Source: Patescibacteria group bacterium (GTDB lineage Bacteria; Patescibacteriota; Microgenomatia; Levybacterales; UBA12049). From it: a stretch of 64,000 nt of DNA. The notes beneath the pieces were generated by a model. It was not told the DNA's origin. It did not search any database and saw only the letters and a program-made list of their open reading frames with translations. A program made the position numbers and the translations under genes. The DNA lies in contig JAMCZC010000002.1 of assembly GCA_023485865.1 (NCBI GenBank), positions 1,000 to 64,999 on the forward strand, given 5' to 3'. Below are positions 18,786-29,510 of this stretch, one piece after another; position 1 is the first letter of the stretch, and every line of letters begins with the position of its first letter.

Positions 18786-20522
18786 TTATCTTTGCTCTAC
18801 ATTATACAACGGTCCGACAATATTTATATTGCCCGGGGCCCTAATGTTAAAATAGGTCTTAAAAAAATCGCCTGAAAAACTGGCTGAGCCGGCATCTCCG
18901 TTAATATGGACCGTTGTGACTTTTCCAACTCCAAAGTCTGCGTCTACACTCGCACTGGAAACAAAATTAAAAGGAGAAATATTTCTGTTTCTTAATTCCT
19001 GTTTTACTCTGTCCGAACTCCAGGTGTCTGTTCCTGCAGGATTAGATTTGTCGGTTTGATATAAATGTTCTTTGGTGCCCGAGTCGGCTTGAACTAAAAG
19101 CATAACGTTGGCAATATCGGCAACTTCCTCTTGTCTTAGCCAGGCTGTTCCGCCTCTTGAGCCCCAATCGCAGTAAAACCAGGGCGAAGCTTTGTCATAG
19201 GCATTATTTTGTAAATCGGAAAAGCTGTTAATTGGTCCCGATGCGTCCTGGGCCCGTTTTGTAAATGAAGTCCCGCTCCAGCCGATATCGGAAGAAGAAA
19301 AAACATATCCTCCGTGTGTTGAGGAAAACCAGGCCTTAATCGGGCTTCCGCCCTGAACCATCGCTTTTCCGGCGGTGGCGTTGACTGCCTGTTCCCAATT
19401 CCCGCCCTTAGGATCCGTTTTAAATACCTGGCATTGGTCGGTTGGGCATATTGAGCCGCTGCCGTTATTTGTATAAGCGAGTACATAAGAGCGCGCGGCA
19501 ACCGCCTGGGCTTTAAGGGCGGCTAAATTATTGTCTGTCCAGGAATCAGGAACCTCGTAAATTCTTTTCATATAGTCTTCCAAAGATCCGGTCCAGTCAA
19601 TACCATTTCCCGATACGTGAATTTGCGTAGACTGGCTGACATCGGAAATTGAATCAAAATTATAATAAGCCTGGAGAATTTGGTTATAATCCTGGCCTGC
19701 TTTTGCTCTTCCTAAAGCTCCGAATTGGTTAAGCCCGACCCTGTTTGGAACGCCATAAGTAAAAAAGCCGATTTTAGGAGAAAATCCGGGGTCCGGCGCG
19801 CCAGGCAAAATATCGCTTTTGCACCCCCCAAGCATACTATAAGAATTTAAAGAAATTCCCAAAGAGCCGTATTTTTGCGCCAACAATTGCTGTTGGGTTG
19901 CGGAGAGTTCTGCTATTTGAGTTGAAAGATTAGCCTGATATGCTCTTGCGCCGGTTACTATTTTATCAAGCTTTGCCGATTGCTCGTCTAAATTCGATTT
20001 TGCAGCTGTTAATTTTGTCTTTTCATCTTCCAAGGCTTTTTTGTCTATCTCAAGCGTTTCAATTAAAGTCGCAAGGTTATAAATAGTGGCTTTATTCTGA
20101 TTTTCAACCGCCTGTTGGTAGCCTAAAACTCTGGTGATATCTTCAACTGATGAGCCGGATAAAAACGGTATAAGCGGAGAATCTTTATAGCTGTCGATAT
20201 AGTATCTTCTTACAGCCTGATTAAAAATTTCCTGTTGTCTTGCCAAATCTTTATATCTTTGGTCTATGCTTTTTTCTTTTGCCGCAACGCCTTGCTCAAT
20301 TGCAGCCACTCTATTTTTTATATCCTGTATTTGTGACTTTAAACTATCAAGCTGAGACTGCAAGGGCCTAGTTGCATTAATAGACATATTAAGTGCACTG
20401 GTCAAGTCGTTTATTTGTTTTGTAATATCGTCTAATTGATCAGAGGAGCTTTTAGGAACGATAACAAATGAAGCAATAAATAAAAATATGCATAAAAATA
20501 ACAGGGAAAGCACTTTTTTCAT
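18786..20522 (-). CDS. SpoIID/LytB domain protein with coiled coil
   Basis: ALKAQAVAARSY, CPTDQCQVF, GLNQFGA. Confidence 0.85.
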   Translation of the reverse strand: MKKVLSLLFLCIFLFIASFVIVPKSSSDQLDDITKQINDLTSALNMSINATRPLQSQLDSLKSQIQDIKNRVAAIEQGVAAKEKSIDQRYKDLARQQEIFNQAVRRYYIDSYKDSPLIPFLSGSSVEDITRVLGYQQAVENQNKATIYNLATLIETLEIDKKALEDEKTKLTAAKSNLDEQSAKLDKIVTGARAYQANLSTQIAELSATQQQLLAQKYGSLGISLNSYSMLGGCKSDILPGAPDPGFSPKIGFFTYGVPNRVGLNQFGALGRAKAGQDYNQILQAYYNFDSISDVSQSTQIHVSGNGIDWTGSLEDYMKRIYEVPDSWTDNNLAALKAQAVAARSYVLAYTNNGSGSICPTDQCQVFKTDPKGGNWEQAVNATAGKAMVQGGSPIKAWFSSTHGGYVFSSSDIGWSGTSFTKRAQDASGPINSFSDLQNNAYDKASPWFYCDWGSRGGTAWLRQEEVADIANVMLLVQADSGTKEHLYQTDKSNPAGTDTWSSDRVKQELRNRNISPFNFVSSASVDADFGVGKVTTVHINGDAGSASFSGDFFKTYFNIRAPGNINIVGPLYNVEQR

Positions 20523-20588
20523 AAGAGTAAATTCATTATACCAAATTAAGTATGCCTCGGGTTGCTAAATGCATAAAGAGGTGGTATT

Positions 20589-21197
20589 ATGCAAAAAAGC
20601 AATATGGAAGAGAATCAATTTCAAGAAATATCCCGAACTTTTACTCCGGGAAGACCAAAAAAAAGCCTTCCTAAAAAAACCGTAGTTTTGATCGTAGTCG
20701 TTGTTTTAATAATTCTGGCGTTCTTATTCGTAAAATTAAGCGGTAAATCGGCCAAACAATCAACTTCAACCGCTTCAACCACGCCTTCAGCTACAGAAAT
20801 TCCAATGCAAACCGGAACACCTATTCCTTCTTCTTCCGAAACCCCAACTCCTACCCCAACAGCAAGTCCTACCCCCAAGCCAAGCGTTAATCCTGTCGAT
20901 AAAGCAACGGGTTTGGATAGAAGCAAGCTTTCGGTTACTATTCAAAACGGAAGCGGACAGGCAGGTGTTGCCGGTACAGCTTCGGATTACCTTACGGGTT
21001 TAGGTTATAACGTGTTTTCAACAGGTAATGCGGATAATTACAATTATACCAACGTTTTTATAAAGGTAAAGGCCGGCAAAAGCGATTTCCTTAGTCTTTT
21101 GAAAAAAGATTTGGGCTTTAAGTACACAATAGGCACAAATTCAGCTGATCTTTCCGACAGCTCCTCCGAAGATGCTTTGGTTATAATAGGAAAATAA
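20589..21197 (+). CDS. LytR C-terminal domain protein
   Basis: TM, Pro/Thr linker, VTIQNGSGQAGVA...VIIGK. Confidence 0.85.
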   Translation: MQKSNMEENQFQEISRTFTPGRPKKSLPKKTVVLIVVVVLIILAFLFVKLSGKSAKQSTSTASTTPSATEIPMQTGTPIPSSSETPTPTPTASPTPKPSVNPVDKATGLDRSKLSVTIQNGSGQAGVAGTASDYLTGLGYNVFSTGNADNYNYTNVFIKVKAGKSDFLSLLKKDLGFKYTIGTNSADLSDSSSEDALVIIGK

Positions 21198-21237
21198 ACT
21201 AGTTGATGGGAAATCGTTCATGGTTCATAATAAACAC

Positions 21238-21687
21238 ATGAAAGTATTTATTGCTGCGGATCACGCCGGTTTTGAATTAAAAGAAGAAGTTAAGAAATTT
21301 CTTATTGCTCAAAACTATGAAGTTGAAGACTGCGGCGCTTTTTCTTTTGAAAAAGGTGATGATTACCCCGACTTAATTGTAAAAGCGGCAGAAAAAGTAT
21401 CCCAGGATCCGCAGTCAAAAGGAATCGTTTTTGGCAAATCCGGAACAGGGGAAGCAATAGTTGCCAATAAGTTTAAAAACGTAAGAGCTGTTTTGGGATT
21501 TTCCGTGGATAACGTCAGATTATCAAGGGAACATAACGATACCAATGTTTTGTCTTTGGGCTCCGAGTTTGTCAGCGCCGAACAGGCAAAAAAGCTAGTG
21601 CAGGTTTTTCTTGAAACTCCATTCTCAAACGAAGCAAGACACGTAAGGAGAATAGAGGAAATACAGGAAATAGAGGATAGAGAGTAG
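21238..21687 (+). CDS. rpiB: Ribose-5-phosphate isomerase B
   Basis: ADHAGFELK, DDYPD, REHNDTNVLSLG, RHVRR. Confidence 0.93.
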   Translation: MKVFIAADHAGFELKEEVKKFLIAQNYEVEDCGAFSFEKGDDYPDLIVKAAEKVSQDPQSKGIVFGKSGTGEAIVANKFKNVRAVLGFSVDNVRLSREHNDTNVLSLGSEFVSAEQAKKLVQVFLETPFSNEARHVRRIEEIQEIEDRE

Positions 21688-21787
21688 AAGCTAGAGGTTA
21701 GAATTTGAGGTTAGATAGTAGAAGTTCGAAAATCTAATTTCTAATTTCAAGATCCAACTTCCAGTTTCCATTGTCCAGTATCAAACT
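21668..21787. repeat. Empty inverted heptamer hairpin (TAGA-type arm then TCTA/TCCA-type arm)
   Basis: TAGAGGA TAGAGAG TAGAAGC TAGAGGT ... TCTAATT TCTAATT TCAAGA TCCAACT TCCAGTT TCCATTG TCCAGTA, ending at the rpe ATG. Confidence 0.75.
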
Positions 21788-22423
21788 ATGAGTGAAATTA
21801 TTCCCGGAATTTTGGAAAAAGATTTTGCAGAAATCGAAAAAAAAATAGAATTAGTTAAAGGTTTTGCAAAAACAATACATATAGATATTATTGACGGAAA
21901 ATTTGCTCCAAACACAACTTTTCTAAATCCCAAACCGTTTGAAAAATACTCTAAAGACATTTTTTTAGAAGCTCACCTAATGGTTGAGGAACCGATTAAT
22001 TATTTAGATTCTTTTGCAGCCGCCGGTTTTAAAAGATTTTTGGGACACATTGAACATATGTCAAGCCAGGAAGATTTTGTTGCCAAAGGAGAGCTTTTAG
22101 GAGAAGTCGGGTTGGCATTAGATGTAAATACACCTCTGGAAAGTTTAAAAGCAGATTATCAGGATCTTGATTGCGTATTAGTGATGAGTGTTAAGGCCGG
22201 TTTTTCCGCACAGGAATTTATGCCCGAAGTTTTGGAAAAAGTCAAAAAAATAAGAGAAATTAGCCCAATTCCAATTGAGATTGACGGGGGAATAAATGAC
22301 AAAACAATTACTCAGGGGTCAGGCTGTGGGGTAAGTCGTTTTGTAACAACAAGCTTTCTTTTTAATGGAGATTTCTCTCAAAATTACCAGAAGCTACGCT
22401 CGCTTTTAAAGATTAACGATTAA
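21788..22423 (+). CDS. rpe: Ribulose-phosphate 3-epimerase
   Basis: HIDIIDGKF, EAHLMV, MSVKAGFSAQ, IDGGIN. Confidence 0.92.
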   Translation: MSEIIPGILEKDFAEIEKKIELVKGFAKTIHIDIIDGKFAPNTTFLNPKPFEKYSKDIFLEAHLMVEEPINYLDSFAAAGFKRFLGHIEHMSSQEDFVAKGELLGEVGLALDVNTPLESLKADYQDLDCVLVMSVKAGFSAQEFMPEVLEKVKKIREISPIPIEIDGGINDKTITQGSGCGVSRFVTTSFLFNGDFSQNYQKLRSLLKIND

Positions 22424-24761
22424 CCGGAATTGCGCTCGGAGTAGCAATAAAATTACAGTTAACCAAGCCTTCGGTCCCTTTTACAAAATATTCAACTCTT
22501 CCTAAACAGGGTTTTTGAATAATATCATCTGGTATTTTTAAGGGTGCGTCAGAAACGTTGCCCAAAAGAGTAGTCATAATTTTGTTCCAAATAGGAGCCG
22601 CCCCTGTGATTCCGGAAGCAAGGCTTTGACTCATCGGAGAGTTATCGTTATTTCCGACCCAAACCGCAACCAATCTTGCCGGGGTAAAGCCGATTGTCCA
22701 ATTGTCTCTTTTGTTATCCGAAGTTCCTGTTTTAACGGAAACTGTATGGTTGGGAATATTTAAAGGAGAATTTGTGCCAAATTCAAAAGAGCGGGAAAGG
22801 TTGTCGGATAAAATATTTGAGATTATAAACGCAACCCCTTCGTCAATTACAGATTTTTCTTCCGGCGTATTTTTTTGATAGACAAGATTCCCCTGATAAT
22901 CGGTTATTTTTAAAATGGGGTCAAGAGCGACTTTATTACCGGAATTTGCTACTGCGCCATAAACAGTTGCCATGTCTGTCATTTTTACTTCTGCGGCTCC
23001 TAAAGTTATTGCCAAACCATATTGATTAGGCTCTCCCCAAGTAGTAATCCCCATTTTTTTGCCCATATCAATCATATTTCCAATGCCTATTTTTTGCAGC
23101 GTCTTAACTGCAGGGATATTAAAAGAATTTGCAAAAGCAATTCTTAAAGGAATCCTTCCATGGTATGCTCCGTCGTAGTTAACAGGTGAATAGGGAGGGT
23201 TCCCTGGAAAAGTTATCGGTGAGTCGTCAAGTATTGTTGCGGCTGTAAAACCATTTGACAGAGCCGCTGCATAAGTAACAACTTTTATGGAAGAACCGGG
23301 CTGTCTTAGGGATGTAGTTAAATTTACATTGCCGCCGTTTGGGTCGTTATAGTCTCGGCTTCCCGCCATTGCCAAAATGTCACCGTTTTTGGGATTAGTT
23401 ACCAAAGCAGCCCCGTTTGTAAGATGAAGATAAAAATCGTTGTCAACTTCTGTTTTTACAATATTTTGGACTTCATCCTGAAGTTTCAAATCAAGACTCG
23501 TAGTTACGCTTAAACCGCCTTTTTCAACCAGAGGCAGTCCGTACTTTTTAATCAAGAGATCTTTAACATACATCACGAAATGAGGTGCATAAATTGGTGT
23601 TTGGGGAGGTAGGAAAGACAGGTCCTCACTTAGTGCGTTTTCCAGTTGATTTTGGCTTATGTAGTCTTGATCCTGCATTTTTTGCAATACATCTTTTTGT
23701 CTTTGCTTCCAGAGATTAGGGTTTTCTCCGTAAGGCGAGTAAACGGTTGGCGCTTGGGGCATACCTGCTAAAAAAGCACTTTCTGCAAGGTCTAAATCTT
23801 TGACGCTTTTCCCAAAGTATACTTCGGATGCGGCTTCTACCCCCCAGGCTGTCCCTCCATATGGGACTTGGTTAAAATACATCTGTAAAATTTCATCTTT
23901 TGTATAAGTTTTTTCAGTCCAAACGGCCAAAATAATTTCTTTAATCTTTCTTCCGATGCTTATTTCCGGGGTTAAAAGTGTTGATTTTATCAGCTGTTGG
24001 GTGATAGTAGACCCCCCCTGTATCGGTTTTCCTGAAAGGTCGGCAATGGCGGCTCTTGCTATCGCGTTTGCGTCAAACCCCGGATTTTTGTAAAAATCTT
24101 TATCTTCAATAGCGATTGTCGCATTAATAAGGTCTTTTGGGATAAGGTTTAAAGGTACCAAGGTTCTATTTTCATTGGCATAAATTTGATATAAAAGAGT
24201 GCCGTTTCTGTCATAGATTTTTGTCGTTTGGGAAATTTCCCGAAGTGATAAACTTTTCGGATTCGGGAGGTTTTGCAAAAAGATTAAAAATAAAAGAGGC
24301 AGGAATATAAAAATAAGGGAAAAAAATCCTCCGAAAAGAAAATATTTTATTCTTAGTCTTACTAAATGCGGTCTTTTGTAAACAACGGTTGTCTTTACTT
24401 TTTTTACTTTCTTAGGCTTTGGTTTTGCTTTTGGCAGTTTTAGCTTAAAAGAAAACCTTTTGAAAGCAGGCAATTTAAGTTTAATTTTTGGGATCTTTGG
24501 CAACGTAAGCCCAAGCTTTGGTAAAGAAAATTTTACATTCTGTTTTGTTTGCAAAATCTGATTTTTCCTAAACGCATAGCGACCGGAAATATCCTGTTTC
24601 TCCCGTTCAGTCGCTATTTTTATCCGCTTAAAACTTGTCTTAAGTTTTTTTGATGCCAAGCGAATAATTCGGAGAAAAAACTTAATAACCAGTAAAACAA
24701 CATCCCCTATTTTAATAAGAAGATTTAAAATTAAAACAATAGCGTCCAAAAACAGCTTCAT
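22413..24761 (-). CDS. Class A penicillin-binding protein (PBP1A family)
   Basis: EDKDF, GGSTITQQL, RQPGSSIK, SFN, KTGT. Confidence 0.93.
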   Translation of the reverse strand: MKLFLDAIVLILNLLIKIGDVVLLVIKFFLRIIRLASKKLKTSFKRIKIATEREKQDISGRYAFRKNQILQTKQNVKFSLPKLGLTLPKIPKIKLKLPAFKRFSFKLKLPKAKPKPKKVKKVKTTVVYKRPHLVRLRIKYFLFGGFFSLIFIFLPLLFLIFLQNLPNPKSLSLREISQTTKIYDRNGTLLYQIYANENRTLVPLNLIPKDLINATIAIEDKDFYKNPGFDANAIARAAIADLSGKPIQGGSTITQQLIKSTLLTPEISIGRKIKEIILAVWTEKTYTKDEILQMYFNQVPYGGTAWGVEAASEVYFGKSVKDLDLAESAFLAGMPQAPTVYSPYGENPNLWKQRQKDVLQKMQDQDYISQNQLENALSEDLSFLPPQTPIYAPHFVMYVKDLLIKKYGLPLVEKGGLSVTTSLDLKLQDEVQNIVKTEVDNDFYLHLTNGAALVTNPKNGDILAMAGSRDYNDPNGGNVNLTTSLRQPGSSIKVVTYAAALSNGFTAATILDDSPITFPGNPPYSPVNYDGAYHGRIPLRIAFANSFNIPAVKTLQKIGIGNMIDMGKKMGITTWGEPNQYGLAITLGAAEVKMTDMATVYGAVANSGNKVALDPILKITDYQGNLVYQKNTPEEKSVIDEGVAFIISNILSDNLSRSFEFGTNSPLNIPNHTVSVKTGTSDNKRDNWTIGFTPARLVAVWVGNNDNSPMSQSLASGITGAAPIWNKIMTTLLGNVSDAPLKIPDDIIQKPCLGRVEYFVKGTEGLVNCNFIATPSAIPVNR

Positions 24762-24824
24762 AATCTGGGGCAGAAAAACTGACCGAATTATACTATAGGA
24801 GTATCAGCTTTGAAAGGGGTAAAA

Positions 24825-27017
24825 CTAATGTCCCGGCGCGGGGGTCGGGGTAGGAGTCGGATGCGGACAACTTAGGCAATACCTATCTCCTACTGGGTCG
24901 GTATATATGTTTTCGTTTTTGGTTTCCAAATTATCCGTTTGTCCTTTTGCCGGTAAGTCTTGGGTTGTTTTGTCAACAGCAACGTTTTCGGATGAGAGTT
25001 TGCCGGTGGAGTTTTCGGTCCCCTTTATAAAATATTCAAATCTTGTAGGACAGGTTGTTCCGCCCGGCGCAATGGAGGGGAAAAATCCGACGTCGGAACA
25101 AACCTGTTTTTGAATTACCGATGGCGGTCTTGAAATTGCTTCGGGAGTTTTTCCCTTAAGAAGATAAGACATAATATCATTCCAAATTGGAGCCGCCCCG
25201 GTAATTCCGGATACCAATCCGCTCATTTGAGTGTTGTCGCTATTGCCAACCCATGTTGCAACCAGAAACGAGGGGGTGTAGCCGATTGTCCAATTGTCTT
25301 TATAGTCATTGGTGGTTCCGGTTTTAACCGATACGGTTTGTCCCCGTATCTTAAGTTGAGAATTGTCTCCGAATTCCAAAAGTCTTGCCCCGTTATCAGC
25401 TAAAATATCGGAAATTATGTAAGCGACTCCTTCGGGGAGTACTTTTTTGCCAAATATCGGACTGGACGGAGGCTTATATTCTTCCAATACTTTACCGGTT
25501 TTATCTGTAACCTTAAGAATTGGATGAAGGTTAATTCGATAACCCGAGTTTGCAAAGACCCCAAAAGCGGTTGCCATGTCTGTCATTCTTACTTCTGCTC
25601 CTCCCAAAGTTAAAGAAAGCCCGTAATTTTCAGGGTGAGTAAAAGTGGTTATTCCCATGGCCGAGGCGGTAGCGATCATACTGTTAATTCCATTTAGCTT
25701 AAGCATTTTAACGGCAGGAATATTGAGGGAATTTCCCAAGGCGTAGCGCATTTGAACAAGTCCATGCCATTTGCCGTCGTAGTTAAGCGGACAGTAGTCT
25801 TTTCCTCCCTGATTTGGAAAACAGATAGGCCCGTCTACAAATGTAGTAGCGGCGTTATACTTATTGATTAGGCCTGCGGCATAATTTATTGGCTTTATGG
25901 AAGAGCCGGGTTGTCTTAAGGCGGTAGTTATATTAAAGTTTCCGGCAATTTTTGTGTCAAAATAGTCTTTGCTTCCAACCATAGCTAAAATTTCTCCGGT
26001 TGCGGGATTTGTTACCAAAGCGGCTCCGTTTGTAACGTGATAGTAGCCGGGAAGATCGTTAACTTCTCCGGAAACAGATGCCTCGGCGTAGGCTTGGATA
26101 TTAGCATCAAGGCTGGTAATTACTTTTAAGCCCCCCTCTTCAACGGTTTTTTGTCCATATTTTGCTATCAAAAGATCTTTGACATACAAAACAAAATGCG
26201 GAGCCTCGATATTATTTGAAATCCTTTTGTAATTTAAAACTTCACTTTCGGCCTTTTTTTCCTGGTCGCGGCTTATATATCCAAGTTCTTGCATCGTCTT
26301 TAAAACCTCAACCTGCCTTGCTTTTCCAAGTTCCGGATGCGCCCCAAAGGGAGAAAATTGTGTGGGAGCTTGAGGAAGACCGGCCAAAAGTGCACTTTCT
26401 GCCAAGTCCAACTCTTTGGCGTGTTTATTAAAGTAAGCTTCGGAGGCCGTTTCAACTCCATAGGCAGGTCCTCCATACGGACTTTGATTTAGATACATTT
26501 CCAAAATCTGGTTTTTAGAATAAATAAATTCTGTTGCAAAAGCCAGAATTATTTCTTTTATTTTTCTTGGAATAGTTTGTTCTTGACTTAACAAACTGTT
26601 TTTAACCAGCTGCTGGGTTAAGGTTGAACCTCCTTGGATTTGCTTATGAAAAACTATTGATACCGCCGCTCTTACAATACCCCGCAAATCAACAGCTCCG
26701 TGGGTATAAAAATTCCTGTCTTCAATGGCAATTGTTGCTTGCTGCATTGTTTTTGGAATGCTTGACAGAGGAACAAACGACTGATTCTTCTTATCATAAA
26801 TGTTGTACAATAGTTTTCCGTTTCTATCATAAATTAGGGTTGATTGAGGTGTTGAGGAGCTGCTTAATCTGGTGGGTAAAGGAAGATCTTTTAAAATCGT
26901 AAAATAAAAAAACAAAGAAAATACTGCTAACGCTAGTATTATAAAACCAGTTACGAAACTATTTCTCTTAAAATGCCTTTTGTAAACTTTATATGGTTTT
27001 TTGAGGTAATTTTGCAT
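24825..27017 (-). CDS. Class A penicillin-binding protein (PBP1A family)
   Basis: EDRNF, GGSTLTQQL, RQPGSSIK, SLN, KTGT. Confidence 0.93.
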   Translation of the reverse strand: MQNYLKKPYKVYKRHFKRNSFVTGFIILALAVFSLFFYFTILKDLPLPTRLSSSSTPQSTLIYDRNGKLLYNIYDKKNQSFVPLSSIPKTMQQATIAIEDRNFYTHGAVDLRGIVRAAVSIVFHKQIQGGSTLTQQLVKNSLLSQEQTIPRKIKEIILAFATEFIYSKNQILEMYLNQSPYGGPAYGVETASEAYFNKHAKELDLAESALLAGLPQAPTQFSPFGAHPELGKARQVEVLKTMQELGYISRDQEKKAESEVLNYKRISNNIEAPHFVLYVKDLLIAKYGQKTVEEGGLKVITSLDANIQAYAEASVSGEVNDLPGYYHVTNGAALVTNPATGEILAMVGSKDYFDTKIAGNFNITTALRQPGSSIKPINYAAGLINKYNAATTFVDGPICFPNQGGKDYCPLNYDGKWHGLVQMRYALGNSLNIPAVKMLKLNGINSMIATASAMGITTFTHPENYGLSLTLGGAEVRMTDMATAFGVFANSGYRINLHPILKVTDKTGKVLEEYKPPSSPIFGKKVLPEGVAYIISDILADNGARLLEFGDNSQLKIRGQTVSVKTGTTNDYKDNWTIGYTPSFLVATWVGNSDNTQMSGLVSGITGAAPIWNDIMSYLLKGKTPEAISRPPSVIQKQVCSDVGFFPSIAPGGTTCPTRFEYFIKGTENSTGKLSSENVAVDKTTQDLPAKGQTDNLETKNENIYTDPVGDRYCLSCPHPTPTPTPAPGH

Positions 27018-27079
27018 TCATTTATAATACCATTATATCTAATGACTGACAACCATTTCGGGATTGTATATAATAGACA

Positions 27080-28111
27080 ATGTTTATGGATATTAATGCT
27101 CTTCTTTCCTTGATCTCCATATCTAGCTTAGGATTTAACTGGATTGATATTTTAATACTAATTGTTGTTATTTTTTATGGCTTCGAAGGTTACGCCCTCG
27201 GTTTTTACGTAGCTTTAGTAGATTTAATAAGTTTTATTGTTTCTTTTGCTTTCGGTCTTTTGTTTTACGCAGTTATAGGCGGGATTCTGGTTAAAGTTTT
27301 CTCGATGCCTTCCGGTTTTGCCAATGCGATAGGATTTTTTATGGTGGCATTTATTACAGAAATTATTATTAGCTACATTTTAAAACATCTTGTTTTAAGT
27401 GCGACATTTATTGCCGAGTTTGAAAATCAACCAGAGAATATTAAAATACTCAATAATTTCCTTGGCATTCTTCCGGCTGTTTTTTCCGGGCTTTTGCTTC
27501 TTTCTTTTATACTGACAATGATTATTGCTCTACCTGTTTCAACTTTTCTTAAACATTCCGTATCCTCTTCTAGAGTAGGAAACGTTTTGGTTACCAATAC
27601 CCAGGGGCTTGCAAAAGACTTAAACAGCGTTTTTGGCGGTGCGGTTAACGAAACTTTGGCTTTCCTAACGGTTGAACCAAAGAGCAACGAAGTGGTTAAT
27701 CTTAATTTTAAAACCAGTAGCTTTAGCGTCGACCAAGTTTCCGAAGAAAAAATGTTCACTATGGTAAATCGGGAAAGAACTTCCCGGGGAGTGTCCGCGC
27801 TTTTGTTGTGGGACAAGTTAACGGATGTTGGTAGGGCTCATTGTGAAGATATGCTAAAAAGAGGTTATTTTTCTCATTACACACCCGAAGGAATTTCTCC
27901 TTTTGACAGAATGGCTAAGGCTGATATTGAATTTACTTTTGCCGGGGAAAATCTTGCTCTGGCACCAAACACGGAATTGGCAATGCAGGGGTTTATGCAA
28001 AGCCCCGGGCACAGGGCAAATATTTTATCAGCAGATTTCCACAGGATCGGAATAGCGGCAATAGACGCCGGAGTTTACGGACAAATGTATTGCCAGGAAT
28101 TCTCTGACTAA
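27080..28111 (+). CDS. CvpA family membrane domain fused to CAP (SCP) domain
   Basis: NWIDILIL N-terminus; HCEDM..RGYFSH, AGENLA, SPGHRANIL. Confidence 0.85.
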   Translation: MFMDINALLSLISISSLGFNWIDILILIVVIFYGFEGYALGFYVALVDLISFIVSFAFGLLFYAVIGGILVKVFSMPSGFANAIGFFMVAFITEIIISYILKHLVLSATFIAEFENQPENIKILNNFLGILPAVFSGLLLLSFILTMIIALPVSTFLKHSVSSSRVGNVLVTNTQGLAKDLNSVFGGAVNETLAFLTVEPKSNEVVNLNFKTSSFSVDQVSEEKMFTMVNRERTSRGVSALLLWDKLTDVGRAHCEDMLKRGYFSHYTPEGISPFDRMAKADIEFTFAGENLALAPNTELAMQGFMQSPGHRANILSADFHRIGIAAIDAGVYGQMYCQEFSD

Positions 28112-28136
28112 AATAATGATAAATGATTAAGGATTA

Positions 28137-29177
28137 ATGATTAGATTAAAAAAAATACAAGAAGCCGATGTTAAGAATAAAACGGTTCTTTTAAGAGCGG
28201 ATTTGGATATTCCTCTCGCGGGGGGGAAGATTGCAGACGATTTTCGTTTAATTACTTCTCTTGAAACTATCAATTATTTTTTAAAGCAAACAAAGACAAT
28301 AGTTATTATCGGTCACCTCGGACGTCCGGAAGAAGGAGATAAAAGTTTAAGTTTGAAAGTTGTGGCGAAGTGGTACGCCAAAAATTTCAAATTTCAAATT
28401 TCAAATTTCAAATTAAAGGATTTTACTGGATGGAAAATTGGAGAAAAGTTAATTCTTTTGGAAAATCTTAGATTCTTTCAGGGCGAAGAAAAAAATGATC
28501 AGGGTTTTTCTAAACAATTAGCCTCACTTGCCGATATTTATGTTAACGACGCTTTTGCTTCTTCGCATAGAGCGCATGCTTCAATAGTCAGTGTCACTAA
28601 ATATTTGCCTTCCTTTGCAGGATTAAGGCTTGAAAAAGAAGTCGAAGAACTTTCAAAAATTCTAAATGGCCCCAAACGGCCGCTGGTGGTGATAATAGGC
28701 GGGGCAAAAATCGAGACAAAACTTCCCCTGGTTGAAAAAATGCACCACTTTGCCGACTATGTTTTGGTGGGCGGGGAAATTGCGGAAAATGATAAAGTTC
28801 TTCTTAAAGTTCAACATGAAAAAATTACAGGCAGAAAATCAATTCTTCTGGTGGCCGATTCGAACGAAGATTTAAACGATATTACTTCCAAATCGGCTGA
28901 AAACTTTGTTCAGATAATTCAAAATGCAAAAACAATTGTTTGGAATGGTCCGATGGGTGTTACGGAAGAAAAAGAAAATCAAAACGGAACAAATATTTTG
29001 GCAGAAGGCATAGTCCAAACATCCGCGGATACAATAGTTGGGGGAGGAGACACACTGGCATTTTTAAAAGAAAAAAATCTGCTTGATAAATTTTCTTTTG
29101 TTTCAACAGGAGGCGGCGCAATGCTGGAATTTTTGGCAGATGAAAATCTCCCGGGCCTGGAAGTGTTGGATATTTAA
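28137..29177 (+). CDS. pgk: Phosphoglycerate kinase
   Basis: HLGRP, LENLRF, NDAF, WNGPMG, STGGGAMLEFL. Confidence 0.95.
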   Translation: MIRLKKIQEADVKNKTVLLRADLDIPLAGGKIADDFRLITSLETINYFLKQTKTIVIIGHLGRPEEGDKSLSLKVVAKWYAKNFKFQISNFKLKDFTGWKIGEKLILLENLRFFQGEEKNDQGFSKQLASLADIYVNDAFASSHRAHASIVSVTKYLPSFAGLRLEKEVEELSKILNGPKRPLVVIIGGAKIETKLPLVEKMHHFADYVLVGGEIAENDKVLLKVQHEKITGRKSILLVADSNEDLNDITSKSAENFVQIIQNAKTIVWNGPMGVTEEKENQNGTNILAEGIVQTSADTIVGGGDTLAFLKEKNLLDKFSFVSTGGGAMLEFLADENLPGLEVLDI

Positions 29178-29195
29178 CTTTAATTTTTCGGGGGG

Positions 29196-29233
29196 TTGAC
29201 AATTTTGTAACTATTGTATATACTTTGGTTACA
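29196..29233 (+). promoter_or_regulatory. Sigma70 promoter with inverted-repeat operator for the TA operon
   Basis: TTGACA-17-TATACT; TGTAAC (29206-29211) and GTTACA (29228-29233) inverted pair. Confidence 0.7.
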
Positions 29234-29234
29234 T

Positions 29235-29510
29235 ATGAGAACTGTAATTTATATTAAAACAGACAACGAAATAAAAAAGAACGCCCAGAAACTAGCCCTA
29301 GAGCTAGGGCTTAATCTAAGTGACGTAATTAATGCATCTCTTAGAAATTTTATAAGAACTCGAGAGGTCTATTTTTCTTCTATTCCTAAAATGACTTTAG
29401 AGCTTGAGAGAATTCTCGGGCCGATAGATGAAGACATAAAAAGAGGTAGGAATCTTTCCCGACAACTTTCTGATTCTTCTGAAGTAAATGATTACCTCAA
29501 TTCCTTATGA
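29235..29510 (+). CDS. RelB/DinJ-like antitoxin
   Basis: RHH-like IKTDNEIKKNAQKLALELGLNLSDVINASLR; ATGA overlap with toxin. Confidence 0.8.
   Translation: MRTVIYIKTDNEIKKNAQKLALELGLNLSDVINASLRNFIRTREVYFSSIPKMTLELERILGPIDEDIKRGRNLSRQLSDSSEVNDYLNSL

Noticed and set aside
21668-21787. CRISPR array from the periodic repeats
   Set aside because: Units are degenerate 7-mers without spacers; no cas genes
22413-27017. Recent tandem duplication of PBP genes
   Set aside because: The paralogs are strongly diverged; an old, ordinary arrangement
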